Shown here: positions 55,848 to 64,000 of the stretch, piece after piece | Layout of the letters: each line of letters starts with the position of its first letter | Position numbering within the stretch: the stretch's first letter is position 1 | NCBI GenBank assembly: GCA_002778455.1 | Contig: PFCD01000001.1 | Location: 53,445 to 117,444, forward strand | Direction of reading: 5' to 3' | DNA: 64,000 nt | Origin: Candidatus Micrarchaeota archaeon CG10_big_fil_rev_8_21_14_0_10_45_29 | GTDB lineage: Archaea > Micrarchaeota > Micrarchaeia > Anstonellales > Anstonellaceae | The notes under the pieces: model-generated | Seen by the model: only the letters and a program-made list of their open reading frames with translations | What the model was told of the DNA's origin: nothing | Databases searched by the model: none | Translations under genes and position numbers: made by a program

Positions 55848-56225
55848 TTGCCCCCTATTTATATTGCATTAGGTGATTTGATGATTCCGGGAATGGGAGG
55901 CATGGACCCAAAGCAAATGGCAAAAATGATGAAGCAGATGGGTATAGACACCTCGACAATAAACGCAAAAAAAGTGATAATAGAATTGGAGGAAAAAACC
56001 CTTGAAATTGCAAACCCGCAGGTGGTAAAGGTAAGTATGCAGGGGCAGGACACCTTTCAGGTTTCTGGCACAATAACCGAAGTTGCCAAAATAAGCGCAG
56101 AAGACGTGAAAATGGTTGCCGAGCAGGCGGGCGTGCCAGAGGATGAGGCAAAAAAGGCATTAGAGGGCGCAGGCGGCGACATCGCGCAGGCAATACTCAA
56201 TTTGCAAAATGAGAACACAGAATAA
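55848..56225 (+). CDS. nac: Nascent polypeptide-associated complex protein (archaeal NAC alpha) with a C-terminal UBA domain
   Basis: 'MIPGMGGMDPKQMAKMMKQMGIDT', 'VIIELEEKTLEIANPQVVKVSMQGQDTFQVSG' and 'DVKMVAEQAGVPEDEAKKALEGAGGDIAQAI' are present. The real start is probably the ATG encoding 'MIPGMGG', about 33 nt into the ORF. Confidence 0.85.
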   Translation: MPPIYIALGDLMIPGMGGMDPKQMAKMMKQMGIDTSTINAKKVIIELEEKTLEIANPQVVKVSMQGQDTFQVSGTITEVAKISAEDVKMVAEQAGVPEDEAKKALEGAGGDIAQAILNLQNENTE

Positions 56226-56435
56226 CCTCTCAACATTTGAAATTCTAACACAAAATTCCCCCCTTCTTTTAAACTTGTGTCCTCAATCCTATATTCCCCT
56301 TTATGGGGAATGTGGGAGGTGCGGGAATGGAGCCTTTATGGTGTACCACTCCCCCCTCTTTTAAAAAATTCTTTTTTAGCGAAAGCGCCATTGCAAAAAA
56401 CTCATCTTAATTAACCCCGCCTTCCCTCTCTTTTT

Positions 56436-57101
56436 ATGAAAAACTTCAAGGAAGCAAAAGCAATCCTCTTTGACATAGACGACACGCTTTTCCCCTCCTC
56501 GCGCTTCTCCTCTTTGGCAAGAAAAAAAGCAATTAACGCGATGATTAAGGCAGGCATGAGTGCAACTTATGCAAACGCATCTGCCGCCCTCTTAAAAATA
56601 ATAAAAAAGCATGGCTCAAATTCCCCGCATCACTTTGATTTTTTGGCAAAAAAATTTAAATGCAAAAATAAAGCCCGCTGCATCGCGGCTGGGGTGCATG
56701 CATACCATTGCGCCAAATCCTCATTTCATCCGTTTCCAGGCACTAAAAAAACCCTCTCTCTTTTGCGCAAAAAATACATAATATGCGCCGCATCCGAAGG
56801 AAAAGCGCTAAAGCAATGGGATAAATTAATACGCCTGCGCCTTGAGGCCCTTTTCTTGCAAGTATTTGTAAGCGAATTGCGCCACGGGGGCAAAACCCCT
56901 GCTTTTTACAAAAAAATATCAAAAAAGCTCAAAATTCCCCCCAAAAAAATAATAATGTTAGGAAACAGCCCGCAAAAAGACATTCGCGCCGCCAAGGCGG
57001 CAGGCATGATAACAATTCACATCTTGCATGGAAAAAATAAGCAAAAATGCGGCTCAAACGCAAGAATTTCAAAAATTTCCCAATTAAGCCGCCTTCTCTA
57101 A
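56436..57101 (+). CDS. HAD-superfamily hydrolase
   Basis: The N-terminal 'AILFDIDDTLF' is the DxDxT motif I. 'LGNSPQKDIRAAKAAGM' fits motif IV. Confidence 0.7.
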   Translation: MKNFKEAKAILFDIDDTLFPSSRFSSLARKKAINAMIKAGMSATYANASAALLKIIKKHGSNSPHHFDFLAKKFKCKNKARCIAAGVHAYHCAKSSFHPFPGTKKTLSLLRKKYIICAASEGKALKQWDKLIRLRLEALFLQVFVSELRHGGKTPAFYKKISKKLKIPPKKIIMLGNSPQKDIRAAKAAGMITIHILHGKNKQKCGSNARISKISQLSRLL

Positions 57102-57216
57102 ACCGCCTTGCCAAAAATCGGCTCCATGTTTTATGCCAAAATACGCCCCCTGCCTCTACTCGCGCCTTTATTAATCTCATTTTCTATATTATATTATCAT
57201 TTTTTGAGGTTATATC

Positions 57217-58176
57217 ATGTCTGTTGTAAGCGACACTTTAAGCAAAGATTTATCAAATGAAGGCGAGGAGAGGGAAAAAATAATAAAAAACTTCTGCGCG
57301 GCCGGAAAAATTGCAGAGGAAATAAGAAAAGACGCCCAAAGCCTAGTGCTTCCCGGCGAATCTCTTTTTGATATTGCAGAAACAATAGAGAAAATGATAT
57401 TTGATGCAAAGGCAGTTCCCGCCTTTCCCACAAACATCTCAATAAACGAATTGGCAGCCCATTACACCCCAAAAATAGGGGACGAATCCCTTATAGGCGA
57501 AACCGATGTTGTAAAAATAGACTTTGGGGTTGCGGTGGATGGGTGCATAGCAGACAATGCATTTACAGTAGATCTCTCGGGGGAGAACGGAAAGCTTTTG
57601 GAAGCTGCCAAATCCGCACTTGATGATGCTGTAGCATCCATAAGGCCCGGAGTTGGAAACGGGGAAATCGGCAAAATAGTTGAGGACAAAATAAAATCCT
57701 ATGGCTTCAAGCCGATAGACAATTTGACCGGGCACATGATAGAGCCATATAATTTGCACGCAGGGGTGGATATTCCCAACGTGGCAATGGATTCAGATTA
57801 CCAATTCAAGGAAGGCGACATATTTGCAATAGAGCCTTTTGCCACCTCGGGAGAGGGGCATGTTGTTGATACTGCAGACATAGAAATATTTAGCGTAGTA
57901 TCTGACGGCAAAATAAGAATGCGCTCATCGCGCGAGCTTCTCCTGAAGCTTGTAAACAAATATGTGACGCTCCCCTTTGCAAAGCGCTGGCTGGTAAATG
58001 AGATAAAAAGCAAGCTTGTGCTCTCCGCCTCCTTGCGCGAGCTTTTCAATGCCGGATGCATCCACCCCTACCCGGTATTGCGGGAGGCGAAAAAAGGGCT
58101 TGTCTCCCAATTTGAGCACACTGTTATAGTGGAAAAAGACGGCGTAAAAATAATTGACGGGGAAATAAAATTCTAA
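57217..58176 (+). CDS. map: Methionine aminopeptidase, type 2 (archaeal MetAP)
   Basis: 'AFPTNISINELAAHYTP', 'DVVKIDFGVAVDGCIADNAFTV', 'IDNLTGHMIEPYNLHAG' and 'FAIEPFATSGEG' carry the metal-ligand motifs of MetAP2. Confidence 0.85.
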   Translation: MSVVSDTLSKDLSNEGEEREKIIKNFCAAGKIAEEIRKDAQSLVLPGESLFDIAETIEKMIFDAKAVPAFPTNISINELAAHYTPKIGDESLIGETDVVKIDFGVAVDGCIADNAFTVDLSGENGKLLEAAKSALDDAVASIRPGVGNGEIGKIVEDKIKSYGFKPIDNLTGHMIEPYNLHAGVDIPNVAMDSDYQFKEGDIFAIEPFATSGEGHVVDTADIEIFSVVSDGKIRMRSSRELLLKLVNKYVTLPFAKRWLVNEIKSKLVLSASLRELFNAGCIHPYPVLREAKKGLVSQFEHTVIVEKDGVKIIDGEIKF

Positions 58177-58185
58177 GGGATAAAA

Positions 58186-58836
58186 ATGGGGGAAAATTTG
58201 TCCCAAAAAAAGGCACGCTCCAAAAAAATAATTTCTCTCTTAAAAAAAGAATACAAGGGCGCCTGGACAACTCTCAATTACTCCACTCCTTTCCAGCTTC
58301 TTATTGCAACAATACTCTCTGCGCAATGCACCGACGCGCGCATAAACAAGATAACTCCCGCGCTTTTTGCAAAATTTCCCGACGCAAAATCCCTTGCCGC
58401 GGCGCCCCTTCCCGAAATAGAATCCCTTATCCGCCCTTCCGGCTTTTATAAAAATAAGGCAAAAAACATCAAAAAAACCGCCCAAATACTTTATGAAAAG
58501 CACGGAGGAAAAGTGCCCAACACAATGGAACATCTTCTTGAATTGGCAGGAGTTGCGCGAAAAACCGCCAATATAGTGCTTTTTCACGCTTTCTCAAAAA
58601 GCGAAGGGATAGCGGTAGACACCCATTGCATGCGCCTCTCGCACCGCCTCGGCTTCACCTCAACGCGGCGCAACCAGCAAAAAATAGAAAAAGAGCTTAT
58701 GGCTCTTTTGGAAAAAAACGAGTGGGGCATGTATACAAACTGGATGGTATTGCACGGGAGAAAATATTGCACCGCCCGCTCGCCAAAATGCGGCAAATGC
58801 CCCCTGCGCTTTCTTTGCCCGAAAAAAGGGGTTTGA
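58186..58836 (+). CDS. nth: Endonuclease III (Nth), HhH-GPD glycosylase with a [4Fe-4S] cluster
   Basis: 'FQLLIATILSAQCTDARINKITPALF', 'LAGVARKTANIVL' and 'IAVDTHCMRLSHRLG' are present. The C-terminal 'C-x6-C-x2-C-x5-C' motif ('CTARSPKCGKCPLRFLC') is present. Confidence 0.9.
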   Translation: MGENLSQKKARSKKIISLLKKEYKGAWTTLNYSTPFQLLIATILSAQCTDARINKITPALFAKFPDAKSLAAAPLPEIESLIRPSGFYKNKAKNIKKTAQILYEKHGGKVPNTMEHLLELAGVARKTANIVLFHAFSKSEGIAVDTHCMRLSHRLGFTSTRRNQQKIEKELMALLEKNEWGMYTNWMVLHGRKYCTARSPKCGKCPLRFLCPKKGV

Positions 58837-58958
58837 AAAGCAGAATTTTTCCCTTTTTGGCGGAATTTCGGCCCATAGATAGCTTTTTATATACCTCCAC
58901 TAATAGTTAATTGAAACTTATTTTGCAGATAGGAAAATAAGTCAAAGAGGTAAGTGAA

Positions 58959-59294
58959 ATGAGCAAGAAACTTTTCGTAGGAAACCTTCCTTACAGTATG
59001 ACTAAGGAAGAGATGGTAGCATTGTTTGCCGACTATGGTCAAATAGACGACGCAGTGCTTATCATGGACAGAATGAGCGGCCGCTCAAAGGGCTTTGGCT
59101 TTGTAACCGTTGCAGATGATGCAATGGCAGACAAGGCAATCGCAGAGCTAAACGGCAGAGAAATGGAGAACAACATGCAGTTAAAGGTTGACGTTGCCAA
59201 GCCCATGGGCGAGAGGCCACCGCGCAGAGGCGGCTTTGGAGGCGGCGGAGGCCGAAGAGAAGGCGGATTTAGCAGGCGCGACGACGACTATTAA
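58959..59294 (+). CDS. RRM-type glycine-rich RNA-binding protein
   Basis: RNP2 is 'KLFVGNL' and RNP1 is 'KGFGFVTV'. The C-terminal tail 'RRGGFGGGGGRREGGFSRRDDDY' is RGG/Gly-rich. Confidence 0.8.
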   Translation: MSKKLFVGNLPYSMTKEEMVALFADYGQIDDAVLIMDRMSGRSKGFGFVTVADDAMADKAIAELNGREMENNMQLKVDVAKPMGERPPRRGGFGGGGGRREGGFSRRDDDY

Positions 59295-59346
59295 TCCGTT
59301 TTTAAAAGCTAGTTTTTCTTTTTCTTATTTTTTATTTTTTTTAACT
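59295..59346 (+). terminator. T-rich terminator-like tract downstream of the RRM gene
   Basis: 'ccgtttttaaaagctagtttttctttttcttattttttatttttttt' has multiple oligo-T runs. Confidence 0.4.
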
Positions 59347-59760
59347 TTAAGTGCAGTCAGGCAAAATATTTGCATCAAGCTTTTTTCCAATGCTTTTTTT
59401 CCAAAAATACACCGAAGTGAGAGGAACTCCGAGCTTTTTTGCCACAAGCTTTGCCCTCTTTCCCTCCATAAGCATTTTTTGCGCGCTTTTTCTAACATCT
59501 CCCCCAAACCTGCTTTTTCTTCCCGCGCGCCTCTCTATGCAAATTACCCGCACGCCCGCGCTTTCCACCGCCCGCACCACTTTCTTTGGCACGGTTGCAA
59601 AAATCCCTTTGCTCATATAAATATTTTTCACGCGTGTATTTTCCAAAAGAGAGAGAAAAATAGTTTTTGATGGCTTTGTTTTTATCCTCACTTCCCCCTC
59701 GCCCGCATGCGCCGCAATTTCGCGCATCATTTTCCCCCTCGCCCCTTCAAGCTCCCACAT
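59347..59760 (-). CDS. Hypothetical protein with a possible C-terminal HTH
   Basis: The ORF is 137 aa. 'KRAKLVAKKLGVPLTSVYFW' is HTH-like. It is coupled to the upstream gene by a 4-nt gap. Confidence 0.35.
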   Translation of the reverse strand: MWELEGARGKMMREIAAHAGEGEVRIKTKPSKTIFLSLLENTRVKNIYMSKGIFATVPKKVVRAVESAGVRVICIERRAGRKSRFGGDVRKSAQKMLMEGKRAKLVAKKLGVPLTSVYFWKKSIGKKLDANILPDCT

Positions 59761-59764
59761 AAAT

Positions 59765-61090
59765 TTACTCCTTTAAATTCTTTAGGAATTTCGCGCCCCT
59801 TCCATGGGGCTTTTCAATAAGCGATTTCACTATCCCGATAGCGCCCTCCACTTCCTCTTTTGGCACATTAAACTCTTTAGCAGCAAAAGAGGCACCCACT
59901 CCCTCTTTTATGCACACCAGCGCGGGCCCCCATGCGGCAGATGAGAGTGGCGGGGCATTCTCCTCCATTTTAATTTTATGCCATATGGTTTTTGCAGGGT
60001 GCGCTATGGCATACTCCGGCGGCACCAAATCCTCCATAATAGAGAGGTGCGCCTCATCAGGCTCTGCCAGCACCGAAGGAAGGGCAGAATATGCCTTTCT
60101 TGCAGCCTCATGCATGCAAACATAATACCATGAGAGAATTTTATACACAAAAAAAGCCGCCATCTGCATGCTGTCTTTTCTTTTTTGCGCGCGCCTTCTG
60201 TGAAGCAGCGCCTCAAATTCCGCATCCATTATCATGTCGGCGCCGATTTTTTGCACAAAGCCCTCCTTTTGCATCCTTTTTTTCACATTTTCAAACCTGT
60301 CTGCATGAGTTATCGTGCAATCGGCGCAAAGCCCCTCCTCCCGCAATATTTGGTTATATTTTGCAAGAGCTTTGTTTTCCCTCTCCTCTCTCAACGCCTC
60401 TTTTTGCGCCTTTTTAGAGGCATAAATGCAGGCGGCGCTAAAAAGCGCAACCTTTGTAGAATAATTTTTTATAAGCCCTGCCGCCTTTCGCATAAGCTGC
60501 ACATCTTTTACTTTTGCGCTTTTGCCAAACATTTTCTCAATTGTTTGCGCGGCATTTTTGCTTGCATCAATTTGCACCGTTCTCTCAACTTCCTCTCCAT
60601 CATGCATAAGAGAAATCAGAGCCGATGCGCTTTTCATGGGATACCTTTTTTGCTCAAAGCGCGAGAGCAGGGATTTATACCCGTCTGCGGCATACTCTCC
60701 CTCCTTTGTTAGCATTTTGCGATATTCCCCTCCGTAGGGAAGAAATTCTTTCATTTCATCCAAATTCGCATCTTCAAGCGCTTGTGCCATTTTATGCGCC
60801 GCAATTGCAACCCTTACCCTGTTTAAGGTGAATTTTTTCAGCTTTGCAACATACCTCATATAAGAGGCATGCTTTTTCTGGTCAGCCACCTCGTCAGCTC
60901 CCGGCTTCTGCGCCTCCTTTGCAGATGCCATAAGCGCCCCAAAGGGCGCATTAAAGCCGTTTGCAATCATGCGCGCCTTAAATTCATTTAATTTTTCCAG
61001 CCTGTTTGCAGCATCTCCCCTCTCCGCGCTAACCGAATCAAGGAAATTATTTGCATCAGAGACAAGGTGCAATGATTCTGACATAAGCAA
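59765..61090 (-). CDS. Hypothetical protein (441 aa, largely alpha-helical, K/E/A-rich)
   Basis: It is a long ORF in the same orientation as, and immediately downstream of, top6A. No motif was recognised. Confidence 0.4.
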   Translation of the reverse strand: MLMSESLHLVSDANNFLDSVSAERGDAANRLEKLNEFKARMIANGFNAPFGALMASAKEAQKPGADEVADQKKHASYMRYVAKLKKFTLNRVRVAIAAHKMAQALEDANLDEMKEFLPYGGEYRKMLTKEGEYAADGYKSLLSRFEQKRYPMKSASALISLMHDGEEVERTVQIDASKNAAQTIEKMFGKSAKVKDVQLMRKAAGLIKNYSTKVALFSAACIYASKKAQKEALREERENKALAKYNQILREEGLCADCTITHADRFENVKKRMQKEGFVQKIGADMIMDAEFEALLHRRRAQKRKDSMQMAAFFVYKILSWYYVCMHEAARKAYSALPSVLAEPDEAHLSIMEDLVPPEYAIAHPAKTIWHKIKMEENAPPLSSAAWGPALVCIKEGVGASFAAKEFNVPKEEVEGAIGIVKSLIEKPHGRGAKFLKNLKE

Positions 61091-61141
61091 AAATAGGGAT
61101 AGAATGAATAAAAAGGGAGGGGAAAGGAAATAAAAAAGATT

Positions 61142-62263
61142 TCAAGGCAAAAACTTCTTTGCTTCCATTTTCTCTTTCAAGTATTTGCCGACGAATGAGA
61201 GAGAGGGCCCCTGCAAAGCATCCTGCTCCAGCTTTTTCTTGGTTTTTAGCACAACTTTTAATTCCTCAACCCATTCCGGGTGCCTTGCAATCCATTCATA
61301 ATTCATCATTTCCTCGGCTCTTTTCAAATCAACTTCTTTTGCCTTAATAGTCATCTGCCCCAAAAACTCATAATCCTTAATGTCCCGCATCGTCACCCCG
61401 ACAAATTTTGCCGAAGGGGTGGCAATATCATTTGCCAAATAAGCCAAATTCATAGAGCCGGTCTTTATTGTCCAGTAAATATACCATCCCCACGCGTCGC
61501 AGTCTGTAAACACTATTACAGGCAATTTTTTTGCAGCCAATTTTGAAATAAGCCTTCTGCAGCCGCGCGATGCCTGCCCCTTGGGAGTAATTAAAATGCA
61601 ATTCTCCTTTTTCCAGAATTTATCCTCATTAAGCCTCTGCCACATAGCGTCTTTCTCCACTACTAAAACATAATCAGCATCCAAATCCTCAATTTCCATC
61701 CCATTATCAACGTCAGATGGCACCATCCAGCCGCTTCTTCCCTGCTTGCGGCAGTCTATGCGCGTCTCCTCCCCCCCAAATTTGTCCCTTAGTATAAGCG
61801 GGCCTGCCACAACCCCCTTTCTATCTGTATTTAAATTCAAATCCTCTCTTTTTACATCCAAAGAAACTTCCAAATCCTCTATAAGCGGGTTTGATTCGCT
61901 CTGCTCTGAAAATAATTCCTCATCCAAATTTTCCCCCAAAGAGAATTTAAGCTGGTAAAAAAGACCTCTGATGGAAGTATGCGCATCCTCTTTTAGAAAT
62001 TTCTTGCACTTATTCGCAATCGCAACAGTCTGCATGAATTTGCGCGCCTGCCCCACATTAACAAAGCTTCGCGTCTCATTCTTCTCCCCCAAATGCAAAC
62101 ATCCAAGCTTTTCATCATAATGCACGTTTCCCTTGCTTCTCAAAGGGGTTTGAAAAGAGGGGGTTTTTCGCGCGTCTATCTCACGAATCATTCCTTGCCC
62201 AAGCTCTTCAAGCTTTTTTATGACAACCCCTGATTCTTGCCGCCCTTTTGCTCTCTTAACCAT
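61142..62263 (-). CDS. top6A: DNA topoisomerase VI subunit A (Spo11-like)
   Basis: 'YVLVVEKDAMWQRL' and 'ILITPKGQASRGCRRLISKL' match Toprim/Spo11 motifs. It lies directly downstream of top6B. Confidence 0.9.
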   Translation of the reverse strand: MVKRAKGRQESGVVIKKLEELGQGMIREIDARKTPSFQTPLRSKGNVHYDEKLGCLHLGEKNETRSFVNVGQARKFMQTVAIANKCKKFLKEDAHTSIRGLFYQLKFSLGENLDEELFSEQSESNPLIEDLEVSLDVKREDLNLNTDRKGVVAGPLILRDKFGGEETRIDCRKQGRSGWMVPSDVDNGMEIEDLDADYVLVVEKDAMWQRLNEDKFWKKENCILITPKGQASRGCRRLISKLAAKKLPVIVFTDCDAWGWYIYWTIKTGSMNLAYLANDIATPSAKFVGVTMRDIKDYEFLGQMTIKAKEVDLKRAEEMMNYEWIARHPEWVEELKVVLKTKKKLEQDALQGPSLSFVGKYLKEKMEAKKFLP

Positions 62264-62272
62264 AAAATCAAC

Positions 62273-63967
62273 TCAAGCATCCTCTCCCATTATATGGGAT
62301 TTATACTTTGTTTCAATCAAATTCTGCAATTTTGCATTAACTTCATCCGCCTTTCCTTTTCCCGCAAGGTCTACAACGTCTTTTGAGAGCTGCTGCACAT
62401 ACCTTAATATCGCGCTTCTTCTGAGCTCCTGATCCCTCTCTTTGTTTATGCCTGAGAGGTGAAGCTGCAACCGCCTTGCCGCCTCCATTACCGCATTTTT
62501 TATTTCCTGATACACTTCCTCCTCCTGCGAGAGAGCCTGCTTTCCTGCGGATGTGTATGGCACATGCACTGATGCAACATTTACAAAAACGCTAATTGCC
62601 TCCTCCTCAAAATTTTTCATTTTATACCTTTTCCAGTCAACATCTTTTACTGCCTGCGTAATAGAGCATCCTGAAGTGTCAAATAAAAGCGGCGCCGCAT
62701 TTGCATAGCGTATAATATCCGAGCCAATTTCATTTGTAGAGCTTCTTCTCCCTGCCTGCCCTCCCCACGCAATAGCAGCTTCCACAAGAAAAGGTATTCC
62801 TCCTTTGTAAATTTTAGGGGGCCTCTCTGTAACCGCAATAAATTCAGGCGCAAGTATGTTTGCAAGCGATGCCTGTATCTGCTCGGCGCCTATGGGGCGG
62901 ATGCAATCCGCAGCCGGAGCAATCCATTTCACCATCGCAAACGCCTTTATGAGCGCCTCTCCCTCGCCCCATGTCATTTCAGGGGGCTTTTTCTCAAAAT
63001 CAATGGGCGCAAGCCCCTCTGTCCTGCCATCAAGCAACCCTTTTAGCTCATCCACCCTTGCAGAAGAAACCCTCTGAAACCCTGACTGCAAAAACTTTGA
63101 TATGCTTCTTGACTTTGCGTCCCTGTGCGCCATTTCCACAATATCGCTAACCCCAAGCCCGAGGGGGTGGGGAAGCACTTCTTTCGGCTTTGCAGGAACA
63201 ATTTCCGAAGAGCGCGTATAAGTGGTAGTTTCCCCGCTTGGCTCTGTTAATGAAATAGTTACATGCGGGTTTGCAAGCGCAATTCTCTTTATATATTCCG
63301 AGGGGCTTTGCGCAGAGCGCTCATATTTGCACTCTCCAAATTCGCCTTCAATAAAAAGCCCGTGCGCTTTTTGCGGATTTTCCTCCTCAATTTCATCAGT
63401 TATGTCCGGGCTGTTTGTTTTTATGTCAACCCCTACCTTGCACATTAAGCGCTTATCCCTGTATTCTGATACCACTTTTACCGGCTTTCCTGTAGTAATT
63501 TGCGCAAACATGGTGCATCCGGCGGCGCCTATTCCCTGCTGCCCCCTCTGCTGCGCATATCTGTGAAATTTTGTGCCTGCAAGCATCTGCCCCAATGCTT
63601 TTCCGAGGTGCTTTTTTGGAATTCCTGGCCCATTATCCTGTATTGCAACCGTATACCTCTCATTTTTGCTAATTTCTGCTATTCTTACAGTAATTTCAGG
63701 CAATATGCCCCCCTCCTCGCAAGCGTCAATTGAATTTGTCACATATTCATGCACAATCGTGGTAAGTGAGCGCACTTTCCCCGCAAAGCCGAGCATTTGC
63801 TTGTTTTTCTTAAAAAACTCTGCAACAGAGTGCTCCTTGAAGTTGGTAAATATTTTGTCTGTTTTGTCAGCCATTAAAATCACATTGCTTTTTTTGGTCG
63901 CATTTTTGTTTTTGTAGATAGAATTTAAGAAGCAATAGGGAAGATAGTTGCAATTAGTTGAACACAT
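62273..63967 (-). CDS. top6B: DNA topoisomerase VI subunit B (GHKL ATPase)
   Basis: 'VAEFFKKNKQMLGF', 'TIVHEYVTNSIDACEEG' (N-box), 'IQDNGPGIP' (G1) and 'GQQGIGAAG' (G2) are present. The transducer domain is 'ISVFVNVASVHVPYTSAGKQAL'. Confidence 0.9.
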   Translation of the reverse strand: MCSTNCNYLPYCFLNSIYKNKNATKKSNVILMADKTDKIFTNFKEHSVAEFFKKNKQMLGFAGKVRSLTTIVHEYVTNSIDACEEGGILPEITVRIAEISKNERYTVAIQDNGPGIPKKHLGKALGQMLAGTKFHRYAQQRGQQGIGAAGCTMFAQITTGKPVKVVSEYRDKRLMCKVGVDIKTNSPDITDEIEEENPQKAHGLFIEGEFGECKYERSAQSPSEYIKRIALANPHVTISLTEPSGETTTYTRSSEIVPAKPKEVLPHPLGLGVSDIVEMAHRDAKSRSISKFLQSGFQRVSSARVDELKGLLDGRTEGLAPIDFEKKPPEMTWGEGEALIKAFAMVKWIAPAADCIRPIGAEQIQASLANILAPEFIAVTERPPKIYKGGIPFLVEAAIAWGGQAGRRSSTNEIGSDIIRYANAAPLLFDTSGCSITQAVKDVDWKRYKMKNFEEEAISVFVNVASVHVPYTSAGKQALSQEEEVYQEIKNAVMEAARRLQLHLSGINKERDQELRRSAILRYVQQLSKDVVDLAGKGKADEVNAKLQNLIETKYKSHIMGEDA

Positions 63968-64000
63968 TATACACGTTTTTACACCACCAATACCCTTAAA

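Overview
This window reads as a 64-kb archaeal chromosomal segment, possibly from a DPANN-like or other uncultivated archaeon; lineage is not certain. Several genes are archaea-specific and support the domain call: topoisomerase VI A and B, ribosomal proteins L1/L10(P0)/L12(P1), S15 (S13e-type) and S3Ae, NAC alpha, PurP, MetAP2, and a type IV pilin with a class III signal peptide. Gene density is high, and many adjacent genes have overlapping stop and start codons (ATGA).

Main content in order:
1. A type-IV-pilus-like locus at 1..5652: a partial FlaI/TadA-type ATPase, an 862-aa K/P/S/E-rich disordered protein, two TadC/FlaJ-like membrane proteins and a pilin.
2. A PrsW-like intramembrane protease coupled to a TPR + AAA ATPase (5829..9073).
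3. A geranylgeranyl-reductase-family gene and a PHP-domain gene (9230..11323), with a duplicated, hairpin-rich insert between them.
4. A giant 2182-aa multidomain protein (11424..17972). It carries a GHKL (histidine-kinase-like) ATPase domain, a possible caspase/CHAT-like His-Cys dyad and four 'PVGG(T/V)A' motifs.
5. A second secretion ATPase plus membrane-platform locus next to UppS and a DUF192 protein (18798..23048).
6. The most unusual region, 23204..35538. It holds a HicB/HicA pair and then a roughly 10-kb tandem array of eight co-oriented paralogous genes. These encode extremely cysteine-rich two-module proteins (13-17 Cys per ~100 aa, in CxxC ladders) that I cannot assign to any described family. 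The array has six A+B units, two split into separate genes and four fused. Its junctions are translationally coupled, it contains a 93-bp perfectly identical repeat, and an HTH_10 (Bat-type) regulator is embedded in it. A divergently oriented HerA/VirB4-like P-loop ATPase flanks it.
7. Housekeeping genes from 35726 onward: two tandem PurP paralogues, a Kbl/BioF-type PLP enzyme, MsrB, a PduO-type adenosyltransferase, a presenilin-like protease, the L1-L10-L12 operon (without a recognisable L11), a transglutaminase-like membrane protein, an MBL-fold hydrolase, a short ValRS-like synthetase, ITPase (with its 5' end duplicated), S15, S3Ae, an ankyrin protein, NAC, a HAD hydrolase, MetAP2, Nth, an RRM glycine-rich RNA-binding protein, and Top6A/B.

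I found no rRNA, tRNA or CRISPR array by eye.
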